Part shown: positions 1-13,644 of the stretch, piece after piece | How positions within the stretch are numbered: the first letter of the stretch is position 1 | Layout of the letters: each line of letters begins with the position of its first letter | NCBI RefSeq assembly: GCF_036321535.1 | Contig: NC_087437.1 | Coordinates: forward strand, 7,378,001 to 7,442,000 | DNA length: 64,000 nt | Direction: 5' to 3' | Source: Camelus dromedarius | Taxonomy: Eukaryota | Notes under the pieces: generated by a model | The model's database searches: none | What the model was told of the DNA's origin: nothing | Seen by the model: only the letters and a program-made list of their open reading frames with translations | Position numbers and translations under genes: made by a program

Positions 1-309
1 CCTAGTAGGGGAGCGATCACATCACATCTGACTTTAGCAAAAAATCAGCATCGATAATTCCTTCTGCTACGTTGAGCAAGTTACTGTATTCTAAACTACA
101 AATAGAGTGAGGGTAAGTGAAGAAACAGTTATTACCACCATACCACAGGGTCATTTTCTGTCATTTAGATGAGTCTTGTTTTTTTCTTTTCCTTTCCTCT
201 CCTTTTCTTCCCTTCCCTTCCCTTTCCTTTTCTTTCCAGAACCCAATGACATTTCTCAGAATTAAATGCCATTTCTTGATTTTGGTAGAGAAGAGTCATG
301 ACATAACCT

Positions 310-735
310 ATTTAGATCAGCTCCTTGGAGGCTCTGCATCTAAGTGATTTATTCGGGAAGTGCTGTCAGATTAGGGGAGTGAAGGAAGCAGGTGTGTCAG
401 CAGAAGGGACCAAGCTAAGGGGTGACCTCAGATGGAGATCCCCAGCCTGACCAAAGAGGGCACCCTGGAGCAGGAGTCATGCTACAGAGTTGAGCCCTCC
501 TTGAAGCGGGTGCTTGGTATCCCAGGGTGATCTAGTCATCTGTCTAGGTCTGGGGGTGGAGGGCGTGGGGATGGGAGATAGGGGTTGGTGGCCTCCCAGG
601 CCAGGAAGTTCCCACTTGACCCAGAGACATTCCATCAGCCTACACTCAGAGCAACCGGGGAAAAGGAACTGGATGAGACCCCAACAGCAGTCTCTGCAGG
701 CCCCCAGCAAATGGGTGGTTAGCACATCACTTGGA
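310..735 (-). mobile_element. Old ERVL-class solo LTR (LTR33/LTR16-like)
   Basis: 'gatttattcgggaagtgctgtcag...ggagtgaaggaagcagg...ctcagatggag...cagcctga...ctggagc...cagagttg' follows the LTR33-type pattern read in reverse; boundaries approximate. Confidence 0.5.
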
Positions 736-1099
736 TTGTCCTAAGGAGTTTAAAGATCACCCCATTATAGCACCAGCATGGACTTCAGTTTGAGAAATGT
801 AAAATTAAGCTTCTAATAAACCCTTTCCTTATTCTTGAAGTGCTGAGGTGATGCTGAAAAATGCTAAAAATATGGGCAGCCCTAGGCCTTTGTTCATCTA
901 TAAAATAAAGAGACCAGAAGACACATTATCTCTCAGTTCTGAGCCCCTCCAATTCTAAATGATTTTCAAAGGACTTTTTTCTTTTCAAAATGTTGCCCTA
1001 CTCTACTGTCCTAAACTCTCTAATTTTTCCTGCATATGGCATGGTTGAGGAACTCCAAGATGCATAAAGGATCTGCCCAGGTATAAGGTTGCATCTAGA

Positions 1100-1240
1100 C
1101 CATTGAAACTCAAGGTTTGATCTGTAGACCAGGAGCAGTACCTGGGAGCTTGTTAAGGATACAGACCCCAACTCAAATCTGTTGAATCTTTCAACAAAGA
1201 TTCACAGATTTACCTGCATATTCAAATTTGAGAAGCACTA
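1100..1240 (+). mobile_element. MER5A-like hAT-Charlie MITE remnant
   Basis: 'actcaaggtttg..tagaccag..acctgggagcttgtta...aatttgagaagcact'. Confidence 0.7.
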
Positions 1241-1446
1241 AGATACAGGACCTTGTTGAAATAAACTGATAATTACTTGACAAGCCCTTCAAATTTGGGG
1301 TCCTTTGGCTAGAGAGGGAGAGGTGGAAGGGCCTAAGAATTGAACTAATTAAAACCTCCCCAAACAGCTGGAATGGAACCATTTTCTGACCCAAGTGACA
1401 TAGTAAAAGCTACCTTGAGTGGGCCAGTGTTTAAATCACCCATTTT

Positions 1447-1518
1447 TATTTTTTTAACTAATTTTTTAAATTGAAGTAAAGTCAGTTTACAATGGGTCTA
1501 TTTCTGGTGCACAGCATA
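1447..1518 (-). mobile_element. Very short young L1 3' end with TSD
   Basis: T-rich tail, then 'ttgaagtaaagtcagtttacaatg..tttctggtgcacagca'. Flanked by taaatcacccatttt (1432-1446) and taaatcacccgtttt (1519-1533). Confidence 0.85.
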
Positions 1519-2579
1519 TAAATCACCCGTTTTCATCTTAGTGTTCAACTGTGAAAAAAATCTATGTAAATTATGAGTCCTCATGATCTAGCACATGCCT
1601 CTTCTGGTTCTTATTTGGGCAAGTCAGCTGTGGTTTCTGAAGGAAGCTATTCAGCAGCCTCTACTGAAACTTAGAAAGTCTTATTTTCATGGGTTACAGA
1701 AGACAGAAAACCAGGTTCAGTGTTGACTGCCAAGGGGAGAAAGAGTGACGCGTTCTCATTCAATGGTTCCCAAATCATCAATCATTCTGCCTGAATCCTC
1801 CTTCCTTCTGACCCTGGGGAAGTACAAAAATGCACTTGAGAAAAGGTCCTGGAGGAGGCCTAGGGTGTCAGCGCCTTTGTATGTGCTCATAAGGACTACC
1901 CCTTCAAGAAGTTAATATTCCGTACCCCTTGATTGAGCTCAGGACCTCCAGACAAGTTGGCGTTCTCCACAGCATGTGATATATGGCAAGATTCACTGGG
2001 ACTCCCTAGGCCTGAGGGCATCCATATATTCCACACAATTCTTTTCAAAATATTATCAACTTTTAAAAAGATGCAAATATGTGTGAGAGCTATAAATTCT
2101 CCTGTTTTAAATATCATGCTGTCCCTTTGGGAGAATCTCATTGGCATAGATAATTACTTCTATATGGGGAAAAATGAATCACAACATTTTTTGATTCATA
2201 TCTATACTCTTTTGGCAGTTCTCTGGCATGAATCACAGTAAATGAATGAAATGTTTTCTGAATTTTACCAGCAGAGATATACTATCCATCAAACTCAGAA
2301 AATATATGTAAGATAGGGCAAGATAAAATATTTCTGCCCCACCCATTCTATTTTTCTCAAAAGTATAATATGGAAAACAATGGACTGGACCAACAGCCCC
2401 TCTCAGCTTGAGAAAGATGCCCAAGAACAAAGCTTTACACTGTTCAACATCCTAGAATAAAATCTATTTGAGGTAGAAATAGATAGCTAGGATTTTTTTA
2501 AATTTCTAAAGACCCCTTAGGTTCTTAGATGGATCACAGAGAAGTCTCTTGGTTTTCCAATGTCATGTTGCATATTTCT

Positions 2580-3780
2580 TGCATTCAATCAACAATCTTT
2601 TATTGTGCCCATGCTAAATGGCTGGCACTTGGCTAGCTTTCTGAGGGGTGTCTAAAAAGGGATAAGACCTTGTGTCTGCCCTTCATATATTAAATTTTAA
2701 TGGAAGAAACACACACTCAAACCAATATATAATTTTAAATCAGGTAAGTCTCCATTAGATAAATGAACAAAGGACTGTAGGTATATAGGGAAGTAGTGAC
2801 TCTGTCTGCCAAGTCACAGAGAGCTTCCCAGAGAGGATGGTCTTTAGGAATGAGAGGAACAAAAGCTTCCTGGACTAGAAGCAGTGCTCGCATCATAACA
2901 ACAAGCATAGCTAGTTTTTGTTGCAAACTTACCATGTGACATAGCCTGTCCAAGTACTTTTCTTGTACTAGCTTACTTTAATCTTCACAACATCCACATA
3001 AAGTATTTAACTTTGTTAGCTACACTTAATAATACAGGAGTAGTTTGGGGCCCATAGAGATTCATTTGTAAAAAAAAAATAATAATAATAATTACACTCA
3101 TAGTTACAGAAATATGTGAGAGTCTTATTTCCAAGCTTGAAATCAAGTTAAGTGTGGTGGAATCAACTTGAGGATGGATGTGTGTTGGGGACAAAAGGGG
3201 AGAACCCCAGGGGACAAGGTCGTAGGGGACCTTGTTCTCATGCTGAGTAGCTGGAACTTTATCCTGTCAGAGATGGGGACGTCATAAGGGTTTGAAGCAT
3301 AATGACATGTAAGATTAATTTTTTCAGTAAAAATTTAAGTGACCTTGTGGAAAATGAATTGGGAAAGTGTCAGACTGCTTACCTTGCTAGGTAGAAATAA
3401 TAAATTTCGGAACTAAAGGTAGTGAAATTGAGAGGGAAGAGGTATTTCTGAAGCAGTATGGGTCAGACTTCAGGACTCATTGATTGGTGGTTCTTTGATT
3501 TATGCAAGGGGGTTCAAGATAACTATTAAATTTGTAGACTGGGTCTTGACTACTATCACTAAATTAGACAAATTTCTAGATCATATAGCTGTGTTTCTCC
3601 AAGTAGGGGATGGAAAAAAGGGAGCCAGTTTTAGAGAGATTGTGGATATTTTGTACCTTTGGAGTTGTCACTGGAATGACTTTGGAATATCCAGTTGAAG
3701 ATTTCTAGCAGGCAGTTGGAGGTAAAAGTATGTAGGTCCACACATACACACACACACACACATAGATTTGGGGATTGGAC
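2580..3780. mobile_element. L2 fragments with intervening MIR
   Basis: L2 tail 'cattcaatcaacaatcttttattgtgcccatgct'; L2 body 'ggaactttatcctg...gggtttgaagca'; MIR-like 'aacttaccatgtgacatagcctg...ttaatcttcacaac'. Confidence 0.55.
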
Positions 3781-5169
3781 ATTCTGTCACTTATCAAGAC
3801 AGTGTCTCAGTTAAAAACATTGTTGCAGGATCTGAATGCTTCACATCTTGAAGATCCTTAATAAATCAACAAACATTTGTTGAAAGAATGTCTGAATTAT
3901 GTCACCAAGAAAAAGACAAGAAAGTTCTGTGGTTGACCTAGCCTTTAATCCACATCACCATAGCTCTCCTCAGTATTTCAGGGAGGAATGATTGTCGCTC
4001 TCTTTTCCAAATCAGAAATGTTGGTCTATGAAGTGGTAAAACTTGTAAGTCTTCTTTTCACCATATTTTAATGTTTTATAGGTTGGGGGCAAGATAAATG
4101 GAAAAAAATTCACTTTCATTCAGTGGTTGTAAAAAGGGAATTTGGAAGGGTGTAGAAATTAAGTTTACAGTTGATGTAAGTTTGATATCAACCTTTAAAT
4201 TAATGTCTATTCTAAAAAAAATCTGTTTCATCATCTGTGGTTGTTGTGAAGTTTCTTTAGAGCTACCTCTGTTTTATTATAAAAGTTACAGCCACCCCCC
4301 AGAGCTTCCCATTTCTTCCCGAAGCAAGGAATGGAAAGTGATACTGCCATTCAACAAGTATCTATTTTCTAAAATATCTTGTAAAGAAAGACCTCTGCAG
4401 ATTTTTAAGAGCTTATCGACTCTTTGGCTACCCTAAAGATGGGTGAATCTCATGGTAAAAGCTATTAAGTTTTTAAAAATGCATTCTCTTATGCTAAATA
4501 TAGTTGTAGCTTGGCGGCCAGGCTGATTTATATGATGATTTTCACTATGGTCAAATATGAGTTGAAATCATATACACAGAGCCAAACAGAAATGAGAATC
4601 CAACATTTCAGTGCAAGGTTTTCTTCTCCCTTTGTCATCCCTCCACCTCGGTGCCTGTGAAGCAAATTGCTGGGAATCCAATTTCTCCAGTATGGCTTGA
4701 GTACTATAAAAGTAGAGAGTGTAAGGCTCAGAAGAAATTCAAAGGATAAAGAGAAGAAAGAAAATGGAGTGGAGGAGAAACTAATTCAAATGGGGGCCAA
4801 CATCCTAAAAACAACAAAATAGAAAACCTTAGGGAGAAGAAATCTTCCAGAAGAAAGGACCGTCCAAATGCTTAAAACAAGGAGGAAACCCCTCTCATAA
4901 AATCAGTGCCATGTGATAAAATGTATTCAAGTGAATATGAAAAAGACAAAGAGGAGATAGTTTGCTTCAGCTGGATAGTCGAAGAAATCTACTTCCTGCT
5001 GAAATACGAAAGGGAAAAAAAGAATGTAGTCTCTCTAAGAAGAAAAATATTCTTGCAAAGCATAGGCCTAATGGGTGCCCTTTTAAGCCCCCCGACATGA
5101 TTTCTTCAGATTTAGTTTCTTATCTTCTACTTGAACAGGGTCTTGCTGTTTAGATTTTTATCTTAGTAG

Positions 5170-5345
5170 AAAGAGCTAAGGATTTGAATCAGCCTATGTG
5201 GGATGGGCATCCAGACTCTGCCGCTCTCTGTATGTGTAATCTTGGATAAATTTCTCTAACACTGTTAAAGTCTCAGTTTTCTCATCAGACAAATGGGAAA
5301 AAAAGTATAAATCCCACGCACTTCTTACAAAGCTTAAATACGAAC
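5170..5345 (+). mobile_element. MIR SINE
   Basis: 'ccagactctgccgct..tgtgtaatcttggataaatttct..tctcagttttctcatc' MIR core. Confidence 0.7.
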
Positions 5346-5939
5346 AGCCAGGAAAAGGCACACGCTGCCTCATCAGATTCCTTTGCTTCCTCGGATTCCA
5401 TTTTGAAAGTGTAATCTCAAGAGCCCGCTTGCAACCTCGACAATTTCAGAATCCAAGAAGCTCACTGAACAGTTTTTCCAACCAGCAGTTTACAGCAGCC
5501 TGTGTTGAGAATATTGTTAAGGCAACTGAAGAGGAAAGAAAGCATGTGGGAGCCTGCCCTTTACTCCTTCTGTTTCAGATACCCTGTGCCCCTGTTAAGT
5601 TAGACTAGAAACTGATGAGGCAGTTCTTCTTCAGGTCATCCATAACACAGGTATTCATTCACTCTGAAAGGTATCAAGACACAGTGTATATGAGAGCACT
5701 TGGAAGGCAAGAGCTCTATTCAAATACATGGCATTGTTAGGATTTCTAAAGCCTCCTGAGCAAGGTAGGCATGTACCATGTTTTGCTGGCTTTGGGCAGC
5801 GTGCAGCTCTTGAATGGAGGTCAGATGCCTAAGCCCCTACTTGACTTGAACTGCTGAAGCTTCCATTATCCTCTTCAATGATCCGGAGAGGCAAGCACAA
5901 ATAAAACCCAACGGCTGTCTCCCAACAACAAGGAATCTT

Positions 5940-6420
5940 TAAATGTGCATCATTTGGCAGTGGCATTATCTGAAGACGATTATCCAGTGTATAAATGTTT
6001 ATTGCCTTGCTTTAAGATGCACAGTGTAAGATTAACAATCGTGGTGGGTTTTTTTTTTTTTTTTTTTGTATAAATGCAATATTTCTGCTATTGTGTTTGT
6101 GGAATTCAGCTAGATAATAATTGATTCTGTGACAGGGATTGGCTAATTTGCCAACAGTATAGTATAAAACACATTTATACAGTCAATTACACCCAAGTGC
6201 ATGGCCTATTTGCTTTATAATTTCATAAACTTGCCAGCAATTTAAATAAAAAAGTTCCATTAAATTATCATATCATGTGATGGAATGATATTGCCAAGTA
6301 TATTAAACCATGTGTGTTCAGCCAGAATTAATTAAATATTATTACTTTTTTCTTATTAACACATTGAACTTACCCTTCCTACTCTCTGCTCGAAATAGAA
6401 GCCTATTAGTGAACAAAGTA
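5940..6420. promoter_or_regulatory. Putative conserved non-coding element (enhancer)
   Basis: Repeat-free and dense in TAAT/ATTA and TTTAT/CATAAA motifs; TTGGC-N6-GCCAA palindrome at 6139-6154. Conservation is inferred, not measured. Confidence 0.5.
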
Positions 6421-7202
6421 AACTTAAGGGCAAAGTTTAAACATTTTCCTGAGGGTGTTTCATTAAGAACCCTGGTTCTTTTGTTTAAACATTTGCTCTT
6501 GGTAAATGTACTTGTATTGTGAAAATATTTTATGTTCTTAGATATGAATACTGGAAAAGTTTAAAGAATTCTTTACTTGAATTATTCAGGTATTCAAAAA
6601 GGGAACACTTATGTCTTCAGCTTAGAGAAAGTCATAATATAAACTATTTTAGTATTATTTTGTTTGGGATCCTTTTGTTATTTGTAACTCCATGAATCTA
6701 TCCAATCTTAGGAAGGGAAAGTTGCAAGGCTGGAGAGTTTAGCAATTCAAAAATGAATAAAATACAATACATTCTGATACAGAAAATACCTGTTTCATAT
6801 GAAATAAATTAACCAGGCCTCCCAAGGGACTCATAGTTCAATAAATCTACAGTGAACACTAAGAATTAAACTCTTAATATTAAAGTCCTTGTTTTATTTG
6901 ATGAAAAGCAAAAAATAGAGGTGAACTTCTCCTGGACACATACTCATTATGCTAATCAGGTGCTCATGGTTACACACACACTTTGACCTTTATTCTCACC
7001 CTTGTTTTTTGTCCATATCATATTTTACCAGGTGGCCCCACACTTTACTCACTTGAGGTTACAATTTGTTTTCCTTCTTTTTCCCATTCATGCTTCTTAG
7101 TTCAGTGTTTTGGTTTTTGTTTCTAAATAGTGTTATGTTATTTCTTTCATTTAATAAATAGAAACATCTTTTTTTCTCTTATTCATAAAGTAAGGCATGC
7201 AT

Positions 7203-7570
7203 ATCAGTCAGAAGCAGACTATGACCCTCAAAAACCAAAGCGAGATTAGTTAGAAGCACAGGAAAAGCTCATGGAATTTTTTAAGAGCTGAGCAGCAGGA
7301 CCTAGAGCAGGGGTCATGCTGGGAATGGTTGGGTTTCAGGCCACCCCCGCCCCTACAATGACTCTACAGCTAGTTCCTCCCATGCCTTTGAGTCACTCTC
7401 TTTAGCATCAAAATCCTGGAGGAAGAGTGTCATGTATGTGCCTTGTAGCTCTGAGTTAAAAAAAGAAAGATCCGGCCTCCTCAACACCCTTAAGCCCAGA
7501 GGCTCACAGCAGGACTCCTTCAAAAGGGGGATTAAGGTGCAAAGAGGAAAGTGAGTGAGTGAGTGTTGCA
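7203..7570 (-). mobile_element. Old MaLR LTR (MLT1-type)
   Basis: Begins 'tatcagtcag...' followed by 'gaaaagctcatggaa...gagctgagcagcagg', typical of old MLT1 read in reverse. Confidence 0.4.
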
Positions 7571-7584
7571 ACACATCACCAAAA

Positions 7585-7676
7585 TACATACATGCATGCA
7601 TGCATGCATAGATACCTACATACACGCATCCCTGCATATATACATACATATATACATACATGCATGCATGCATACG
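7585..7676. repeat. Degenerate (TACA)/(TGCA)n simple repeat
   Basis: atacatacatgcatgcatgcatgcat...catacatgcatgcatgcatac. Confidence 0.85.
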
Positions 7677-7689
7677 TAATATAGATAAT

Positions 7690-8210
7690 TCATGGCCAAG
7701 GCTTGCTACTGTTGACAACTTTAAACAATAGAGAAGTAAATAAAGTAAAAAAGTTAAAATGTCTTTATAATCTGACTACCAGAAATTAACAATTTTAATG
7801 GCTTAGTTCATATCTTTCCAGTCTTGTGTATTTACATATGTAACTATATCTCACTATATCAAATTCTGTATATTACTCTGTAACTGTATTTAAACTTTAA
7901 GTATTAAATACTAATTTTTTTCACTTTAATATATAAAGAGAGATTAAGTCAATCCATTTTTATGGCTTCCTAATATTCCATTATTTGGATTTTCAAAATT
8001 TATTTAACCAATCTATTGATGGGACCCAAGACTATTTTTCATTTCCCCACTATTACAAGCATCTTTGCACATTCATCTTTGCCTTCTTCTCCAATTATTT
8101 CCTTAAGAACAATTCTCACAAGTGGAACTTTTAGGTCAAAGGGTATTCTCATTTGAGAGATTTTGCCAAATTATCCTCCAGAAAGCCAGTGACAATTTAC
8201 ACAGCAAGTG
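7690..8210 (-). mobile_element. Old L1ME 3' fragment
   Basis: 'tttttatggcttcctaatattccatt...aatttatttaaccaatctattgatgg...aggtcaaagggta...ttgccaaattatcctccagaaag'. Confidence 0.75.
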
Positions 8211-11200
8211 AGACATAGTCATCAGCATCATCAAATCCTTCCTCACTTTTCCTTCCTAATCACCAGAAAGGTGTGAAAAAAAAATCCTACACTTAAACAT
8301 AAAGATTTATAATTACTAGCACTTACCTTAATAAGACAGTGCACTTGGAATTGGGTAAGCATAACTTTAACAGTCTCCTCAGACTCAGCAGAAAAAAAAA
8401 AAAAAAAGATTGCAGATATTTAATTACTGTAGTCGGAAGAACCTACCTTGAATAACAGTGTAGACAAGAGTCTTTAACAGACTGTATATTTTAACTTGCC
8501 TCCTGTGTACTTTGTTCAACATAATATTACTTTTTCTATGGAGATGGCTTCAAATTTATGTAATTGTACACATCAAAGCTATGAGTCATCCAGAATTCTG
8601 CTTATTTGTGGTGAGAAAATATAGATAAAGAGGCTTTGCCAAGAGAATTCAAGTTTGGACGGTCATCTTTTTCCTTTTACATGATTGTTGAAATCCCCTT
8701 TATTTCAATAATCACTTTAAAAACATTCTCACATTAATGGAATCCTTCTCCTTGAAGTTTCACAGATGCTTATCTTGAAAATTTATGGTATTTCCCAAAC
8801 ATTCCAGATATCAGGGAAACTCTCTTGACAAGAGGAGACTGTGTTAATGCCAACCCGAAAATGTGAAGATTTTTGCTTATTCGAGTGAGTGGTGGTTTTG
8901 AATAAGGCAAAATCTATAATCTTAGTAAATATTACACACTATTATTAAAGAAGCAAAAAGGAATTGTGCTGGAGTTAATTAAGGCTTTAAGAAATGCCTG
9001 CTTTTATTGGCAAAAAAAAATTTTTGTTGCAACAAGAAAACTAAAAATTAAGAGGATGGTTGGCAGCAATATTGATATGCTAATGGATAAACATGCTAAT
9101 TTAGAAAAAACTAATCAGCAAAGACATTACTAATGGAAATGTACAGGAAAATGGCTAATGCTGTATGCAAACCTGGTATCTACAAAATTAAGAAGAAACC
9201 AGTTTTGTTTTCATAACTGTAACTTGAGCATTGGGTCTTCCTAATCTTTGCTACAGGAAGATACAAACTTGCTGGGTGCTAAGGGAGATAATTCATACAC
9301 ACATATACACACATAAATATATACATATATATGCATGTGTATTAAAGTATATAATTATTATTATACCCAATAGGGCACTAAGGTTTCAAGTCTCCCAGTC
9401 CCATGGGCTCCAGGTGGCAACCTTCTTAAGAGCAAAGCAGGCAGACAATGACTTATTTCTTAGGTAAAACAGCCTCTGAATTGGATGGGCATGAAGTGGT
9501 AACTATATTGACAAATTACCTGGATACATCATAACTCTTATTCTGCAGATACACATATAGATTCCAAGCAACTCCTTTTCCTTGTTTTGCCCTCTAAACT
9601 TAAAGATAGGCACTTAGATACCTGTGGACCCCAGGTTAGTGATTTAAGTGAGTGAAGTAGTCCAAGTGTCAGACACTGAGGAGTGGTAGAGATTGAGATG
9701 CACTGGCCAACTAAGCTTATCAGGGCAGATAGCACCCAGTTCCAAAAGGCAAAGTCAAGACCAGAAGGAGCCCTTGGTGTTGCCAAACCTTCTGATTCTA
9801 TAAGGTGAGCTGGAAATAGGAACTTTTAAGTGAAATCTCCCCAAACTGAAAAACAGTGAGTCAGTCCACTTAGGTTTGAAGCCACCCAATTATACATGTT
9901 TCTCCTCTCGTTCTCATCCTCCTTGGTTGACAGCTGAATTCCAGGGGCCCGTGAGGTGTCACGGCACTGGGGGGAGTCTCACGCCAGTGTTCAGAGTCTG
10001 TTCTCCTGGGTATCTGCAAATGTGTACTCAAGGATGACCAGCCTGCTGTGTTGTCATCTGAGACTAAGAATGAGAATGAATACTGTGCCCCTTTTTTCCG
10101 AGAGCCTCCAAGCATGTACCCCATTTGTGCTTCATTTCTGACTTTCCTTCTTCTCTGGCCAGCTCACGTGACTCCTCTCTAGTTAGGGCTAGTGGCAGTA
10201 ACTTACCCTAACTGATCACAGGTCATTTTGTTACTCTCCTTTGGGTCAGGGTCTTAGAATATGACACTCAGAAGATACAGGCTCTTTAATATTCAAAAGT
10301 GTTGATTTTCTCAAAGCTGTTACCTACCTGGGAATTACAACATCCTTTTTTGAAGCTCATGAGCTTAATGTTGTCAGTTTCTTTTTTTCATTTTCGCAGC
10401 GGCCACCGTGCCCTGAGGACAATGTGGGTCAATGCTTTAGAAGCTATTTTGGGAGACAATATTGACTGCTACACAAAAATATTATCCTAACTCACTAGCT
10501 ATCATTATAATGATTTTATTTTACCTTAGAGATTCAAACATCTTATTGATAATTGATAGTTACTTGTGAGTCTAATGAAAGAGGGGCAATTTGGTTCAAA
10601 TAAATATGTTATTGGAGTTGACAACAGAAATATAAACAAGAAACCAATTAGTGAATGTGAAAATTGTCTTGCCTCGATATCTGTGCCTTAGGTTTTGCCC
10701 CATTTTATAGATGTACTATATCTATGAAAGGTCTTCCTTTGGAATGTAGTTATTTAGGGGTATATCCCAAAATTGTGTCCCCCAGTAAAAAGAAAACTAT
10801 GCCCACTATTATGATATTCTGAGAGTTAGACTCTACCTGTCACTTCCAACTTTAAGCATTAACATCTCTGACTAAAGCAATTGTTAGCTATTGTCATTGG
10901 TTAGAATCAATGAAAGTTTTAAAGGCAACTGCCAATAATTGAAAGTATTTGAGTTGCTATTTTGGTTGGGTGGCGGAAGATTATTACTGTTATTAAGGAT
11001 TGAATCGACCTTCCTTTAGGTCAGAATTCTTGTTCAGATCTTCTCTAACAACTGGAGGTAGCTCTGGGGGTTTTCAGAACTAAAACAGGATCCACTCCTG
11101 AGAAACACAGAGGCAGAGGGATGAATTAATGTAGAGCTTGGAAGAGGGAACTGAGGCTCAATTGCTAGGAAGAAGGAATGAGGGAAAAGTTCAGACTAGT

Positions 11201-11327
11201 CGTTGCTTGGGTCAATGGTCAATATTAAGAACACTCAGCCAAATGGTCAAGTGCTAGGAAGAAATTAGAGCCAAAATAAGTCAGGGCCATAAGTAAGTAG
11301 CAGGAAAGAGAATCCAAAAAATCATCT

Positions 11328-11828
11328 TGTGCTCTATTTTGGTTTGGGTTCCTTTGAAAGCAGAGGCAACACAAAGAGTTGGATATAAGTCATTTATTTG
11401 GGAAATGGTCCCAGGAAGCAAGGATGATGGAACAGGGAGAGTAAAATGAGAACTAGTAATAAGACTGGACAGTACTGAGCTGGATTTGCTGTGAGCAATT
11501 GGCGCTAAATCCAGCTGGGGAATTGGAAATTAGAAAGCTCCTCAGAATTGTCTGTCTAAGGACCAGAAGACAACGTCCACTAACACCCACTATTCCTAGG
11601 GATGTCACCTCCCCTCACTTCCAGGGAGCATCTGTGTGCCTTCTGAGCATCCTTTCTTGGCTTCAGGTAAAGCCCAGGACAGAAAAAGCAGAAAGGTGCT
11701 GAGTTGGCACATGGAACTGGGCTGTCTTCAACGTGCACACAATAGCCTGCCATGGCTGCATGGATTAAGAGCTGGACTGAGAGAACATGACACAGGACAC
11801 AAAAAATATCTGCTGTTAGCACCTTGTA
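11328..11828 (-). mobile_element. ERVL-class solo LTR (LTR33-like)
   Basis: 'gggttcctttgaaagcagag...aagtcatttatttgggaaatggtcccaggaagc...atctgct'. Confidence 0.6.
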
Positions 11829-13644
11829 GCTCTTGGGTCTTACCCTTATAGAATGGCAGATTTGTGGTGTGTGGTTAGAAAGGCAGAGGTAGGGATGTGA
11901 AGAAGTCCTCCCAATCTACTTGTACCCTGGTCAATATCATTTTCAATGTTATACTCTCAAGTGACCTCATATTTAGATGACACTATGGGCTCCCCTTCAG
12001 TATGACTTTTTCTGTTCCTGTCTCAGATCAGATGATGGAAATCTTCCATGATCCCCTAACCCAAACAAGAAAGTTAGGATAACTTCTCAGAATCCAGTAA
12101 CTTGCCAAATCTTGACCCAGTAGTCTACATATCTCAAAAAACTTCTTTGCTTTTCCCCCATAACTAACTACATACATGCCAGAGTTTTGTTTGTTTGTTT
12201 GTTTTTGTCTCTGTCTTCTGTATTATTTTCTTTGCCTCTCTTAAAACAGATCACATCTTCATCTTCTTCAAAGCCTCATCTCTTTAAAATTGTTCAAGCT
12301 CTCATTTCCTCCCAGTCCATCTTGAGAAATCTTGCTCAATCCCTCTCTGACAAATGTCCTCATTACTTCATCTGTGTAATCCTAGCATTCCTGCCTTAAA
12401 CCTCTCCCAGAACCTGGCCATTAATTCTAATCCATGACTAGACTATTTTCTAGTCATCATTTCTATAGTTGTTGAATTTCAAAAATGTAATTGAGTTACT
12501 GAACCATCCAACTAAACCAGTTGACTAACTCATGCAAATATAGAACCTCTATGATTCTGTGTTGGTTACCTTACCAAGTTTCTCATGGTTGGACATATTT
12601 TCCCAATTATTTGTATTTTTTCATTTCTTCATATTCAAAGAGTAAGAGAACTTGGCTTTGTTAAGCTATTTTTTTCTAGAAATAAAATTTATATCTGAAG
12701 TCTTTTTGTCCCCACAGTACCATTGCCCCACCTCCTAAATGCATAACTAACTTTTAAATTTTACTACTAAGTATTTTATGGAGTGCCTCTTTTCAAAACA
12801 TGATTTGAAGAAACTTAAATAATATATATCCAGTAAGAGTAAGAAAATCAAAGGAAAAGGAAACCAGACCCAAGGGGAGATGAGAGAAATGATTAAATTG
12901 TGCATTAAGGTCAATACAGTTCTAATAAAGGAGCAAATCTGGATGAGCTGTCTAGCATATGTGCATAAAGAAAGCCTGGTGATTGGTCTGTCTCCTGTAT
13001 TATTAGAAAGAAGAAGACTTATTAATTATTTAGGGGTGACAGTTTTTTTTTTCCTGACACTAAGTTCTAATAAATGCCTGGAACCCAACACAGGTTAAAG
13101 AATGACATGATAAATAGCATCCTGACTTAACATTACATCAGCGTGGAGAAACAGAGACCAAGTAGTCGGATGTCCAAATAAGGCTGTCCCTTTGTTTAAA
13201 TTCATTCACATACAGAATTTAGAAAAATGTTAGGAGTGTGGTGTAGCATACTGAATGTGGCGTAACACCCACTTCTAATTTTCTTCCTTTTAAAGCAGAA
13301 TAGTACAAGCTTTATTTAAAAAATAAGAAATAATAAAAATTTAAACTTCATTCCTACTGGTACCCACTCATATCACCATTGATGTTTGAGGTGTATCCAT
13401 TCCTTCAGCTAATCTTCAATTTTTTTCTGCTTCTCTCTCCCTGCTTTCTTAAACATATATCTACATAAAACACTTATTTTTAAAATATCATATTATACAC
13501 ATTCTTCAAGTTGCTTTATTTACATAAAATATTATTTCTCTTTTGTATTCTATTTTCCAAAAGCATTTCTTTCCGGGCAAAACTTTTGATAGGATCTAGA
13601 GGGGAAAAAAGAGAAGATGAACTAAGAGTTGTGATATGTGGATA

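Noticed and set aside
9514..9550. Possible 23-nt minus-strand microexon (cag|...ccag|gtaatt)
   Set aside because: No polypyrimidine tract upstream of the acceptor.
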